Shown: positions 18,750 through 28,061 of the stretch, piece after piece
How positions within the stretch are numbered: position 1 is the first letter of the stretch
Layout of the letters: every line of letters begins with the position of its first letter
Assembly (NCBI GenBank): GCA_963727455.1
Contig: CAVSGG010000005.1
Span: forward strand, 512,001-576,000
DNA from: Candidatus Krumholzibacteriota bacterium
GTDB taxonomy: Bacteria; Krumholzibacteriota; Krumholzibacteriia; JAJRXK01
Length of the DNA: 64,000 bases
Direction: 5' to 3'
Notes under the pieces: generated by a model
Told to the model about the DNA's origin: nothing
Database searches by the model: none
Seen by the model: the letters and a program-made list of their open reading frames with translations, nothing else
Position numbers and translations under genes: made by a program

Positions 18750-20090
18750 ATGACAGCGTCGTCACCGCGTTCGCAACCATCCGCTCTCCGTCACATTCTC
18801 CAGACACTTGGGACACAGGTTCTTGTGCTCCTGCTCGGAGTTATCGGAGGGGTGCTCGTAGCAAGAATTTTGGGGCCTTCCGGGCGTGGACGCTACGCCC
18901 TTCTGATGATGATTCCCAACTTGGCCTTCACCTTTGGAAATCTGGGTTTTGGCAGTGCCGGTACCTACTTTCTCAATCGAGGAAGCATTGCGCGCGGTCA
19001 GGTTGTTGGATCACTCTATGCTATCGGGATTGCTCTTGCGCTTCTGAGTGCAGCAGTAGTGTTAGTGATTCATCCCCAAAGAATCTCTGTCTGGCAGGAC
19101 CTTCCAACGCTACAGATCCTCATTGCAATTCTCACAACGCCTTTTCTCTTTCTCTTGAATTTCTCAAGCCGGGTACTTCTGGGAACCGGCTCCATCGGGA
19201 AAATGAACATAGGTAGACTGCTGCAGGCCGGAAGCCGAGTGGTCGTAGTCGTAGCTCTTGTTGGAATACTCAGTTATGGCGTTACCGGAGCAATGGTCGC
19301 ATTTGCACTCTCGACGGCAATTGGCGCAGCGTACAGTGCCTCTGTAGGATTGAAATCGGTTGGGCGTCCGATCAAATTCTCTTCTCGGTTCCTCACTCAT
19401 GGGCTCAGTTATGGCCTGCCCTCCTTCCTGATTCTGCTGGCTAATTACCTAAATCATAATTTCGATGTGCTCATGGTGAAGCACTACCTCGACAACACAA
19501 ATGTCGGTCTCTATACCTTGGTAGTCGCTTGGGTGGAGAGACTATTTTATCTTCCTCAGTCCGTGGGAGCCGTGATCTTTCAACGCGTGGCGTCGGATGA
19601 GAAAAGCGGGAGCCGCGCTCTCGTGATGAAGAGCGGGCGACATTCCCTTGCCCTAGTAGTGCTTGGAGCGCTGGTGCTGTCACTCTGCGGACCGGTATTA
19701 GTCGTAGGGCTGTACGGAGCCGAGTTTCGGGGCTCCATTCCGGCTCTTTACTGCCTATTGCCCGCAATTGTAATGCTATCCCTCTATCAAGTCTATGCTG
19801 TAGCACTCGCGGCCGATGGACATCCGCGCGTCGGGGCAATCGCTTCTGCACTATCTTTCGCCATCAATTTTGCGCTAAACACCGTACTGATTCCCCGCAT
19901 GGGTATAGTGGGCGCGGGACTCGCAACAACGGTCTCCTACGGGATCATGTCGGGGATAGTAGTCACCGCATACAAGCGCAGATATGGAGTATCCCTAGGA
20001 GAGATGTTGGTGATCCGGAAAAGTGAGATCAGGTCCTCTCTAGCGCGGCTCTTGAGCCATCTTCCACTGTCGAATCGAACGAGATCATGA
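18750..20090 (+). CDS. wzx: Wzx/MOP-family oligosaccharide flippase 2
   Basis: ARILGPSGRG, 'FDVLMV..YL..VGLY', LYGAEF and LIPRMGIVGAGLAT. Confidence 0.9.
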   Translation: MTASSPRSQPSALRHILQTLGTQVLVLLLGVIGGVLVARILGPSGRGRYALLMMIPNLAFTFGNLGFGSAGTYFLNRGSIARGQVVGSLYAIGIALALLSAAVVLVIHPQRISVWQDLPTLQILIAILTTPFLFLLNFSSRVLLGTGSIGKMNIGRLLQAGSRVVVVVALVGILSYGVTGAMVAFALSTAIGAAYSASVGLKSVGRPIKFSSRFLTHGLSYGLPSFLILLANYLNHNFDVLMVKHYLDNTNVGLYTLVVAWVERLFYLPQSVGAVIFQRVASDEKSGSRALVMKSGRHSLALVVLGALVLSLCGPVLVVGLYGAEFRGSIPALYCLLPAIVMLSLYQVYAVALAADGHPRVGAIASALSFAINFALNTVLIPRMGIVGAGLATTVSYGIMSGIVVTAYKRRYGVSLGEMLVIRKSEIRSSLARLLSHLPLSNRTRS

Positions 20091-22531
20091 TATCGCGAGA
20101 GGAACTGCTTCGCCGGATGTTGCTGCCTGGGTTGGTTATCCTGACGCTACTGGCAGCGCGGTGGCTGGGGCTCCCAGAGGGCTTTGGGGTGTCCGCAGCC
20201 TGGCTATTGCTCGTCATCATGCCGGGGATACTGATTCTAGAATGTGTACCGGAGCTACGCTGCCAAGAACAGATCAGCTTTGGGATATTGGACCGCTGGC
20301 TTGAATCGACGGCAATCGGAGTGCTTTGTCTGTCGATCTGGCTCGGGATCTCAGATGCAATCCGAATCCCCCTCGATCTTGCCATTATCGTGTATGGAGG
20401 CGCCGGTGTCGTTGTGTGGTGGTATACCGGCCCAAGCATCAACTGGCAAGTTAAGAAAGTCAGTTGGGAGATTCTCCTGGTAGGGGCGATCATTGCAGTC
20501 TCTGTGATCCGGATATTGTCACTTCCTTATGTAACCTCAGCCAGCTCCGATCTGCTGGCCCATCTCGATGGTATAAGGCAAGTGAGATTTACCGGTGAGG
20601 TCTTTCCTCACATGCTCTCGACGGACGGTATGGCTGGTGTAAAGCCAGATCCCCGCTTCGGCACATGGCACGGAATGGTCGAGGGAATCTGGTATCTTGG
20701 AGCATCGTCATTACAAGGGGCATGGACCTGTGCTGCAGCGTGGATGGTAGGCCCCATTTTGCTGGCATCGGAGCGGTTGGGGCGAGAGATCTTCCGTAAT
20801 GTCAAAGCCGGCGTAGTATGTCTCGTCGTGTATTTGCTTCTAATGTCTACCGTGGAGGGAGATCTTCTCTCGATGTCCGCCTTGCCGTCGGTAGTTGCAC
20901 GCTGCATTTTTGGAGTAGTGTTGATTTGGTGCCTGCGAGGCCTCGATGGAGTTGGGGGCGCACGGTGGTATTGGAGCCTTGCAGTCGCTGCAGCGGGACT
21001 CGCGCTTTTCCGGTTGGATTATTTCATGATGGTTGGTGCTGTGCTAGGGATCCTGGCATGCGCCGGAATATTGGGTTTCATAGGAGAAGGTCGTTGGCTC
21101 TGGACTAAACGTCTGGGAATCTGGATCTGCGGTGCGGTTCCACTGCTCGCGTACAAATACTCGATCTCCTTGCCAACGCCGCCCGGCTACCTGTCTCAGT
21201 TTCGCGCTGGCGTGTTGCTACTCGGTTCCAAGTGGTGGATGACGGATATTTTTCGTTTCGGCCCAACGATTTTTATCCTCTTGGTGATGGGTTTGATTTG
21301 GTTGGTTCGAGCGCGACACACACTGACGCGCAGTTCATGGCTCCTCCTCACGGTTCTTACCATCGGAGGTCTCCAGGCGTTTAATCCGCTTTTCTGCCGC
21401 CTATTCGAGCCTATTGTGAGCGCTCCGTATATCGTACGACTTGCCAGGTTGGTACCCATATATCTCCTGGTGACTGGAGTTCTACTGGACTCGACTGGTT
21501 TTCGAATCTGGGCGAAACCTTCGAAGAGACGCCCTTTGGTTGCGGGTCTCGCTCTTGGGCTAATCGGTGTTAGCGTTATCCCCGAGTTGCCTGGCTGGCT
21601 CCAAAGGCCCACCGTCTCTGAGAACTCGGTACTTGAGTCAGGGATGACAAATTGGCTCCGGGACCACGCTGAGGTGGATACGACAGTCCTGGCGAGCCCC
21701 ATCGTTGCATATTGTATCGCGGGCTTGACTGATTTGAAGGTAGTCGCAGTTCCTCCCAGCCATGCCTCACCCTGGGTGACGGACGCCAAACAGCGTGAGA
21801 GAGACGCTTATCGGGCGCTCAGCGATTGCACATCCTTGGTCGACAGAATGTCCATCTTGAGGAAATATGGCGCAAACTGGGTTCTATTTAGAGAAGAACC
21901 GGGAGTTGCTGATGATTGGGGCGCCTCCCAGGTCCTACACGAGGACCACGAGTTGGTACTTCTCTCGGTTGACCCTGCACATGGTTCCGCAGAGGGAGAA
22001 GGGAGGGTGTGTGGTTCCACCAGCCTCCCCAATCAGGCTAACATTCGTCCCATTTCCCTTGAGCAGGGACTCGAGGCATACGTGGCTTGGCCGGATACCC
22101 TAGAGGGCACACGTGGAGCGATCCTGGAGCTTCCCGTAGTCTGGAGACCGAACAATCCGATCATGGAAAAGAAAATCTGGGCGCTGCGGTTCGAGAGTGG
22201 TTATCCCCGTAGCTTTTTGTACTCCCCAGTGTGGAGTAAGCCGTACCGCAAACTGGAGGAGCTTCTCACAGGCAGGCGATACCGATTTCGTGTACAAGGC
22301 AATCCTTGTGAGGATCGCCCCCCAATTTTCATCTGGGGCGCTAATCGAAGCTACAGCGATACCCTGAAGGTTCGAATTCCAGCTGATGTTCACGATGGCT
22401 ACTACCGGGTTCAGCTGAAAGTGGTTACAGATAGCTTCATGAGAAATCACAGACCCCGTGATTATTTTAGTGATCGTGATCTCTGGACGGGCCAGGATTG
22501 CGGCGTCGTCTTGTCAATTCAGAACGAATAA
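20087..22531 (+). CDS. Large polytopic membrane protein, putative GT-C/OST-like transferase (paralog B)
   Basis: About 13 TM helices, SSDLLAH, DPRFG, then a C-terminal domain with 'TTVLASPIVAYCIAG', HASP and 'ILRKYGANWVL'. Confidence 0.6.
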   Translation: MISREELLRRMLLPGLVILTLLAARWLGLPEGFGVSAAWLLLVIMPGILILECVPELRCQEQISFGILDRWLESTAIGVLCLSIWLGISDAIRIPLDLAIIVYGGAGVVVWWYTGPSINWQVKKVSWEILLVGAIIAVSVIRILSLPYVTSASSDLLAHLDGIRQVRFTGEVFPHMLSTDGMAGVKPDPRFGTWHGMVEGIWYLGASSLQGAWTCAAAWMVGPILLASERLGREIFRNVKAGVVCLVVYLLLMSTVEGDLLSMSALPSVVARCIFGVVLIWCLRGLDGVGGARWYWSLAVAAAGLALFRLDYFMMVGAVLGILACAGILGFIGEGRWLWTKRLGIWICGAVPLLAYKYSISLPTPPGYLSQFRAGVLLLGSKWWMTDIFRFGPTIFILLVMGLIWLVRARHTLTRSSWLLLTVLTIGGLQAFNPLFCRLFEPIVSAPYIVRLARLVPIYLLVTGVLLDSTGFRIWAKPSKRRPLVAGLALGLIGVSVIPELPGWLQRPTVSENSVLESGMTNWLRDHAEVDTTVLASPIVAYCIAGLTDLKVVAVPPSHASPWVTDAKQRERDAYRALSDCTSLVDRMSILRKYGANWVLFREEPGVADDWGASQVLHEDHELVLLSVDPAHGSAEGEGRVCGSTSLPNQANIRPISLEQGLEAYVAWPDTLEGTRGAILELPVVWRPNNPIMEKKIWALRFESGYPRSFLYSPVWSKPYRKLEELLTGRRYRFRVQGNPCEDRPPIFIWGANRSYSDTLKVRIPADVHDGYYRVQLKVVTDSFMRNHRPRDYFSDRDLWTGQDCGVVLSIQNE

Positions 22532-22533
22532 CG

Positions 22534-23817
22534 ATGGCTAGATCACTCAGAATCCTCATCCACCTGGATTTTTTGGGCCTGGGCGGCCATATGCTTTCGA
22601 CCATCAGCCTCGCTGAAGCAATCAAGTGTAGAGGCCACGAAGTATTGATTGCTGGAGAGATGGGATCTCTCCGGTCCAAACTCGAGGAAAGAGACCTGCC
22701 TTATGCCGAATTGGCGCTCGGGCTCGATCCAATTCCCAATGCCCCTGTACTGGCGCCGCCAAACGAACAACTGAACATCACTCGGCTGAGTCGGCTAGCA
22801 AGGGAATGGTCGGCCGATCTGGTTCACGCCTTTCATCCTTTCAATCTGCCAACCGCACGACGCGCTGCCCTTTCCTCGGGGATTCCTGCCATTTTGACGG
22901 TATGCGGGGGCAAACCAGCATATTCGTTACCGGCAAAGCAAACCGAGACCATTGTTTTCAGCGAGGAGTTGCGCGATGCCTACGTGCGCAAGCGGCTGGT
23001 CCAGGAAGACCGGATTCATGTAGTTGCGAATCGGCTCCCCCTGGGTGAATTGATGGATCGAACCTGGGAACTCGAGGAAGAGCTGTCAAGTCAGTTGAAG
23101 CCTGGTTCAAAGCGGATTTTGATGATTGGGCGATTGGATGGTGCGAAAACAACAGCCGCTCTTCATGTCATTGAGGCGTGCGCACTGCTCCGACAGAAGT
23201 TCTCGTCGCTTCAACTCTTGCTTGTCGGATCCGGGTCAGGCGTCGGGACTGTCAAGATGAGGGCAAAGAAAGTGGGGCTCACGACCGAGGGCGGCGTCTT
23301 TGTGCACTATGGGCGCGTTCTAGACGCGTATCGCTTGATTCCTCATGCAGATATTTGTGTCGGGGTGGGGAGGAGCATTTTCGAGGCAATGGCGATCGGG
23401 CGTCCCTGTGTCATTGTGGGCTCCGAGGGTTACGCGGGCCTGGTCTCGCCTGAGGCAATCGAAAAGATTGCCTACTTCAATTTCTCCGGACGTAACGCGC
23501 GAAAGCGGGAGGGGGTTGCGGTGCTGTCGGAGGCTTGCGAGGAAATTCTGGGCAACGAACGGCACGCCAGGTTCCTTGCGGATTTTGCACAGAAGTATGC
23601 CTCGAGAAATTTGGACGCGGCCGTTGGTGCGGAGAAATACGAGGTGATCTATGAGAAGCTCCTGAGACGATGGAGGGAGGGAATGATTCCACGTGACGAT
23701 GAATCTTCGATCAGTCGATATGCCCAAGCTCTCAGGAAGAAAGAAGCGCGGCAAAATCTTTCTGGTATGCCCAGGAGGATATTGCGGCGGGTTCTCCCGT
23801 GGTCAGGTCGTCAATGA
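22534..23817 (+). CDS. Glycosyltransferase family 4
   Basis: LGGH, RGHEV, IGRLD and GRSIFEAMAIGRP. Confidence 0.85.
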   Translation: MARSLRILIHLDFLGLGGHMLSTISLAEAIKCRGHEVLIAGEMGSLRSKLEERDLPYAELALGLDPIPNAPVLAPPNEQLNITRLSRLAREWSADLVHAFHPFNLPTARRAALSSGIPAILTVCGGKPAYSLPAKQTETIVFSEELRDAYVRKRLVQEDRIHVVANRLPLGELMDRTWELEEELSSQLKPGSKRILMIGRLDGAKTTAALHVIEACALLRQKFSSLQLLLVGSGSGVGTVKMRAKKVGLTTEGGVFVHYGRVLDAYRLIPHADICVGVGRSIFEAMAIGRPCVIVGSEGYAGLVSPEAIEKIAYFNFSGRNARKREGVAVLSEACEEILGNERHARFLADFAQKYASRNLDAAVGAEKYEVIYEKLLRRWREGMIPRDDESSISRYAQALRKKEARQNLSGMPRRILRRVLPWSGRQ

Positions 23818-23832
23818 GAAAATCACGGTGAA

Positions 23833-24504
23833 CTAGGCCCTGTGCATCAGCCGCCGCAGAATCAGTTTGGCCAGCGTCTTCAGCCCGACCGTGAAGCTCT
23901 GTCCCTTCGAAAGAGAATAATCGGTATAGATTGCTTTGATAGGGATTTCCACCAGGTTCAATCCGTGACGCCGAGATTCTGCGATGATCTCTGAGGACAC
24001 CTCCATCCTGTCCGTCTTGATGTCGATCTGCTCCAGAGCCTCGCGCCGAAAGCCGCGATACCCGGATTGGGAATCCGTGACCCAGGCCCCGAAGAGAAAA
24101 AACGTGACGAGGTTACCCACCCAGTTTGCAAGCTGACGGTGTTTCGGCATTCCCTCAGGCTCTAGGAGTCGAGAACCGATGACCACATCCGCTCCGTCAT
24201 CGAGGGCTTCGAGGAATCGAGGTATGTCCTCCGGATCATGCTGTCCATCTGCATCCAGGCAAATGACCGCCTCTCCGCCGCGCCTCAGAGCCGCGGCAAA
24301 ACCAGTTCCCAAGGATGCACCGAGTCCGCGGTTGATTACATGACGAACCAGGCATGCCCCTCCCTGTCGCGCGATCACTCCGGTTGCATCTCTCGAGCCG
24401 TCATCGACGACGATCACTTCGTCCACTCGGGGCCTGACTCGCTCGAGAACTTGCGCCAGAGTCGACTCTTCATTGTATGCGGGGATGACGACGATGGTCT
24501 TCAT
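23833..24504 (-). CDS. Glycosyltransferase family 2 (polyprenol-phosphate glycosyltransferase, DPM1-like)
   Basis: IPAYNEE, VVDDGSRD, NRGLG, DADGQH, GSR and DSQSGYR. Confidence 0.92.
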   Translation of the reverse strand: MKTIVVIPAYNEESTLAQVLERVRPRVDEVIVVDDGSRDATGVIARQGGACLVRHVINRGLGASLGTGFAAALRRGGEAVICLDADGQHDPEDIPRFLEALDDGADVVIGSRLLEPEGMPKHRQLANWVGNLVTFFLFGAWVTDSQSGYRGFRREALEQIDIKTDRMEVSSEIIAESRRHGLNLVEIPIKAIYTDYSLSKGQSFTVGLKTLAKLILRRLMHRA

Positions 24505-24699
24505 GCATCGATTGTAAACGGGCCTACTGGGCGAAGCAAGTGCCCTGGAACCGGTGATGCAAAGGAGGGGTCGGCGGTCCTGCGCGTGGTCTGCGGCGAA
24601 GTGCTGCGCGTTGGGGACGAGGCAGTCTCATCGTTTCCTGGGCCGCCCGAAAGCACCCTTTCGTGGCCCAGATGCGCCTATCTCCCGAACGAGAAGTTG

Positions 24700-24708
24700 T
24701 GCTAGGCT
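24700..24708 (+). promoter_or_regulatory. Putative extended -10 promoter (TGnTAGGCT)
   Basis: TGCTAGGCT about 50 nt upstream of the ATG at 24758. The same motif class occurs at 26492, 44145 and 49849. Confidence 0.4.
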
Positions 24709-24757
24709 CCCCCCTCATTTTGGGGCGGCGAGCAGCAAGCAGGGGCTGGATCTTGCG

Positions 24758-25801
24758 ATGAGAGTTCTCTTGATATCCGAGCGATGGGAGGACGTAACTG
24801 ATGAAGGTATGCTTGGTTTCCTTGATGAGTTCGCTCAGTTTCTCAAAATGAAGTTCTCCCTCCTCATCGTGTACGATCATGGAAGTGGCGCGGGAGATCT
24901 TCCGTCGCGGCGGCTTCCCTTGGGCAAGCGTCTCGTCACACCCGAACTGAAGGGGTGTCTGGAGAGCTTCCGCCCCAACTTGGTTCTCTACTGCCCCACG
25001 GCATGCGCGACTTTCAATGCGCTCCTCCGTCACTCCCGATTGGAGCGTCTCGTTCCGGGAGCGCGCTGCGCATTGATGAGCTTACAATCGAGAGAGTACT
25101 CCTGGTGGCAGAAGCCGCTCCTGCGCTTCGTGCGTCCTTGGCGTCTGGTGGTGCTCTCGCGGGCGCAGGAGGAGTACTACCGGGAACGCGGGTTTGAGGC
25201 CCTCGCGGTGCGGGCGGGAGTCGATCTGACGCGCTTTTGTCCCGCGAATGCTCAGGAGCGGAAGTTACTCCGTAAGAGACTTGGGTGGCCTTCGGAAAAG
25301 CGAGTGATCTTCCATGCGGGCCATCTACGCGCCGGCAGGGGCCTCGATGCCATGAGCGCGTTGGCCCGACAGGAGGAGTTTCATCTGGTGATGGCTGCGA
25401 GCACCGCGAATCCCGCGGATGACTCTCTGCGGGAGGAACTGGTGGCGGCGGGAATCGAGATACACCACGAATATCTTCCCAAGATCGAGGATTTTTATCG
25501 TGCAGCTGATCTCTACCTGTTTCCGGTGCGGGAGGCGAGCGAAAGTATCGAGTTTCCCCTGTCCGTACTGGAGGCCATGGCCTGCAATCTTGCCATCGTC
25601 ACCACTCCGTTTGGGGCATTGACGGAGCATTTTACCGCTAGAGATGGTCTGCGATATTTTCAGAACTTGCGAGATCTGCCTGGCGCTGTGGATGCCGCAT
25701 TGAGTCAGAAGGTAAACACGAGGGCGAAGGTGGAGAGCTTTGGTTGGCATGCGGGAATGGAGGAATTGATGTCCAAACTTCGAGAGGCAATGAGCGCGTG
25801 A
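24758..25801 (+). CDS. Glycosyltransferase family 4
   Basis: MRVLLI start, GVDLTRF, AGHL and EFPLSVLEAMAC. Confidence 0.85.
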   Translation: MRVLLISERWEDVTDEGMLGFLDEFAQFLKMKFSLLIVYDHGSGAGDLPSRRLPLGKRLVTPELKGCLESFRPNLVLYCPTACATFNALLRHSRLERLVPGARCALMSLQSREYSWWQKPLLRFVRPWRLVVLSRAQEEYYRERGFEALAVRAGVDLTRFCPANAQERKLLRKRLGWPSEKRVIFHAGHLRAGRGLDAMSALARQEEFHLVMAASTANPADDSLREELVAAGIEIHHEYLPKIEDFYRAADLYLFPVREASESIEFPLSVLEAMACNLAIVTTPFGALTEHFTARDGLRYFQNLRDLPGAVDAALSQKVNTRAKVESFGWHAGMEELMSKLREAMSA

Positions 25802-26481
25802 AGTCGACCTTGGTCTATCTTGCCGGACTCGATGGCTCGGGAAAGAGCACACAAGCGCAGCTCTACCTTTCACAGGCCCGTTTGCGGGGCCAGGACTGGA
25901 ACTATCGCTGGGCTCGCTGGGAGCCGTGCCTCACTGCTCCTCTGATGCGTCTGGCCCGCAAGGTCCTCGGGCGGGGCACAGAACGCGGATCGAGCCGCCC
26001 GGAAGACGATGCTGGGTACGCCAGCTTCACCCAAGGGAAGCAGCGCATCTTTCGCCACGCCTGGTCGCGGCGACTCTGGACGACTGCAGTGCTGCTGGAG
26101 TACTTACCCCAGGTTTGGTGGCGACTTGGCGCCACCCGCATGCGAGGCAAACGGCTACTCTGCGACCGCTATCTCCCCGACCTTTGGGTTGATCTGGCAG
26201 TGAATTTCGCTACGGGAGTTCGGGGCGTAGAGGAACTGGCGCGCCATCCACTATGTCATCTCTTTCCAAAAGTGGATCGGATGATTTTCCTGGACGTCGA
26301 TCCTCGCGTGGGTTTTGAGCGCAAGAGTGACGGGACCCCGCGTGCGTATCTCGAGGAGCGAAGGCCGCTGTATCTGGCGCTCACTAGGATCCTGCCATCG
26401 CGCGTAATCGATGCAAACGGCACGGTGGAAGAGGTGGCTCGCGAGCTGCGGGATGCCGTGGAAAACGACGCGGGCTGTTAG
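25798..26481 (+). CDS. Thymidylate-kinase-like P-loop kinase
   Basis: GLDGSGKST P-loop, LLCDRY, FLDVDP...RK and IDANG. GTG start overlaps the upstream stop. Confidence 0.8.
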   Translation: MKSTLVYLAGLDGSGKSTQAQLYLSQARLRGQDWNYRWARWEPCLTAPLMRLARKVLGRGTERGSSRPEDDAGYASFTQGKQRIFRHAWSRRLWTTAVLLEYLPQVWWRLGATRMRGKRLLCDRYLPDLWVDLAVNFATGVRGVEELARHPLCHLFPKVDRMIFLDVDPRVGFERKSDGTPRAYLEERRPLYLALTRILPSRVIDANGTVEEVARELRDAVENDAGC

Positions 26482-26491
26482 GATCACCATG

Positions 26492-26500
26492 TGCTAAACT
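26492..26500 (+). promoter_or_regulatory. Putative extended -10 promoter (TGnTAAACT)
   Basis: TGCTAAACT in the short gap before the ATG at 26544. Confidence 0.4.
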
Positions 26501-26543
26501 CATATGACGTCTTGGCTCCCCTTAACCTAAGTTCGGGAAGAAC

Positions 26544-28061
26544 ATGAAGCGGCTCATCATCATCGGAATCGACGGCATGGACGCGGATTTCGTGGCGGAC
26601 CATCCCAAAGAGATGCCCAATTTCCACCGGCTCGGACAAAAGGGTTATGGGGGAGGCCTGTACACGGTATTTCCTTCGGATTCGATCCCCTCGTGGATCA
26701 CGATCTTTACCGGCATCCCGCCCGTCGATCACGGTATCCTCGATGCCATTGACTACTTCAAGAAGAACCACACCGATTTTTCCGTCGATACTTCCGTATT
26801 CAAGGGCCGCACTTTCTGGGACATCGCGTCCGATGCGGGTAAGAAAGTATGTGTCATCAATCCCTTCATGGCCTATCCGCCCTGGCGAGTGAATGGCTAT
26901 ATGGTCTCCGGGCCGGTCTTCGTGACGGACGGGAAGGAAGCCTCCTGGCCGGAGGAACTCGCGGCGGAGATGCCGATCCCTTCGATGGGAGGAATCGTCG
27001 ACTTCCCGTCCAAGGACACGCTCGGTCAGTTCCGCAAGGAGAGCATCGGATACACCGAAGCTCAACACCGCTTCTCGTTGGATCTGTTGCGGAAGAAGGG
27101 TCCCTTCGATCTCTTCTTCTCCACTTACCTCACGCTGGACCGAGTGCAGCATTTCTACTGGCGATATCACGACCGCCACGATCCCACGTACCCCGGACCC
27201 AGCGAACACGAAGGGGTGGTGTTGGAGTTTTATCAGCTCTTCGATCGTATCGTGGGTGAATACATGGAAGCAGCCGGCGACGACTATGAGATCATGGTGG
27301 TCAGCGACCACGGCCATGGGCGTCGCTGCACCAAGGTCGCGAACGTCAACGAGTACCTGCGGAGAAAGGGATGGCTGCATGCGCGGGGAGGAAACAAGAA
27401 TCTCCTGAACCCGCGGCGAATGGTCCAGAAGCTCAAGACCTCCGCCCTGAATACGCTGGACCGGCTCGACATGGTCGACGTGGCACATCGTATCGTGAAG
27501 ACTGTTCCCAAAGTGCGTGAATTAAAGAAGACCTCATTCCTCGTCGATGAGAAGGACAATCTCGTCTTTACTCCTCGTTTTGCCGGCACCAATCCCTGTG
27601 GGGGGGTATCCATAAACCGCGCCCTGTGTGAGGCGAGGGGTCTGAAGTACGACGAGCTTCGGGCCGAACTCAAGCGAGATCTTCTGGCCATGAAGGATGA
27701 AGCGACGAGCGAGGGACTCTTTCAATGGGTGCTGACACGCGAGGAGTACGTGGGAGACGGGCAGGCGATCGAGAAATTCCCCGATCTCGTGTTTCTCTTG
27801 AAGATGCAATACGGAACAGGTTGGGATCTGTTTGGCGATCTGGTCGATACGAATCCCACCCACCGCAAGATCTCCGGGGGACACAAACTGAGGGGCGTCC
27901 TCTACACGACTCTCAATCCGCATGCGGCGAACGGTGACATCGAGGAAACCCCTGCCGTTCACGACATCGCACCGTTGGTGCTGCGCACTTTCGGACTGCC
28001 GCGCCAACCATGGATGCGGCGAGTAGGGTACGCGAAGCCAGAGGTGGCATGCGAATCCTGA
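26544..28061 (+). CDS. AlkP-superfamily type I phosphodiesterase/nucleotide pyrophosphatase
   Basis: IGIDGMD, PSDSIPSW...TG..P..HG, DRVQH, VSDHGHG, SGGH and DIAP. No signal peptide. Confidence 0.9.
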   Translation: MKRLIIIGIDGMDADFVADHPKEMPNFHRLGQKGYGGGLYTVFPSDSIPSWITIFTGIPPVDHGILDAIDYFKKNHTDFSVDTSVFKGRTFWDIASDAGKKVCVINPFMAYPPWRVNGYMVSGPVFVTDGKEASWPEELAAEMPIPSMGGIVDFPSKDTLGQFRKESIGYTEAQHRFSLDLLRKKGPFDLFFSTYLTLDRVQHFYWRYHDRHDPTYPGPSEHEGVVLEFYQLFDRIVGEYMEAAGDDYEIMVVSDHGHGRRCTKVANVNEYLRRKGWLHARGGNKNLLNPRRMVQKLKTSALNTLDRLDMVDVAHRIVKTVPKVRELKKTSFLVDEKDNLVFTPRFAGTNPCGGVSINRALCEARGLKYDELRAELKRDLLAMKDEATSEGLFQWVLTREEYVGDGQAIEKFPDLVFLLKMQYGTGWDLFGDLVDTNPTHRKISGGHKLRGVLYTTLNPHAANGDIEETPAVHDIAPLVLRTFGLPRQPWMRRVGYAKPEVACES

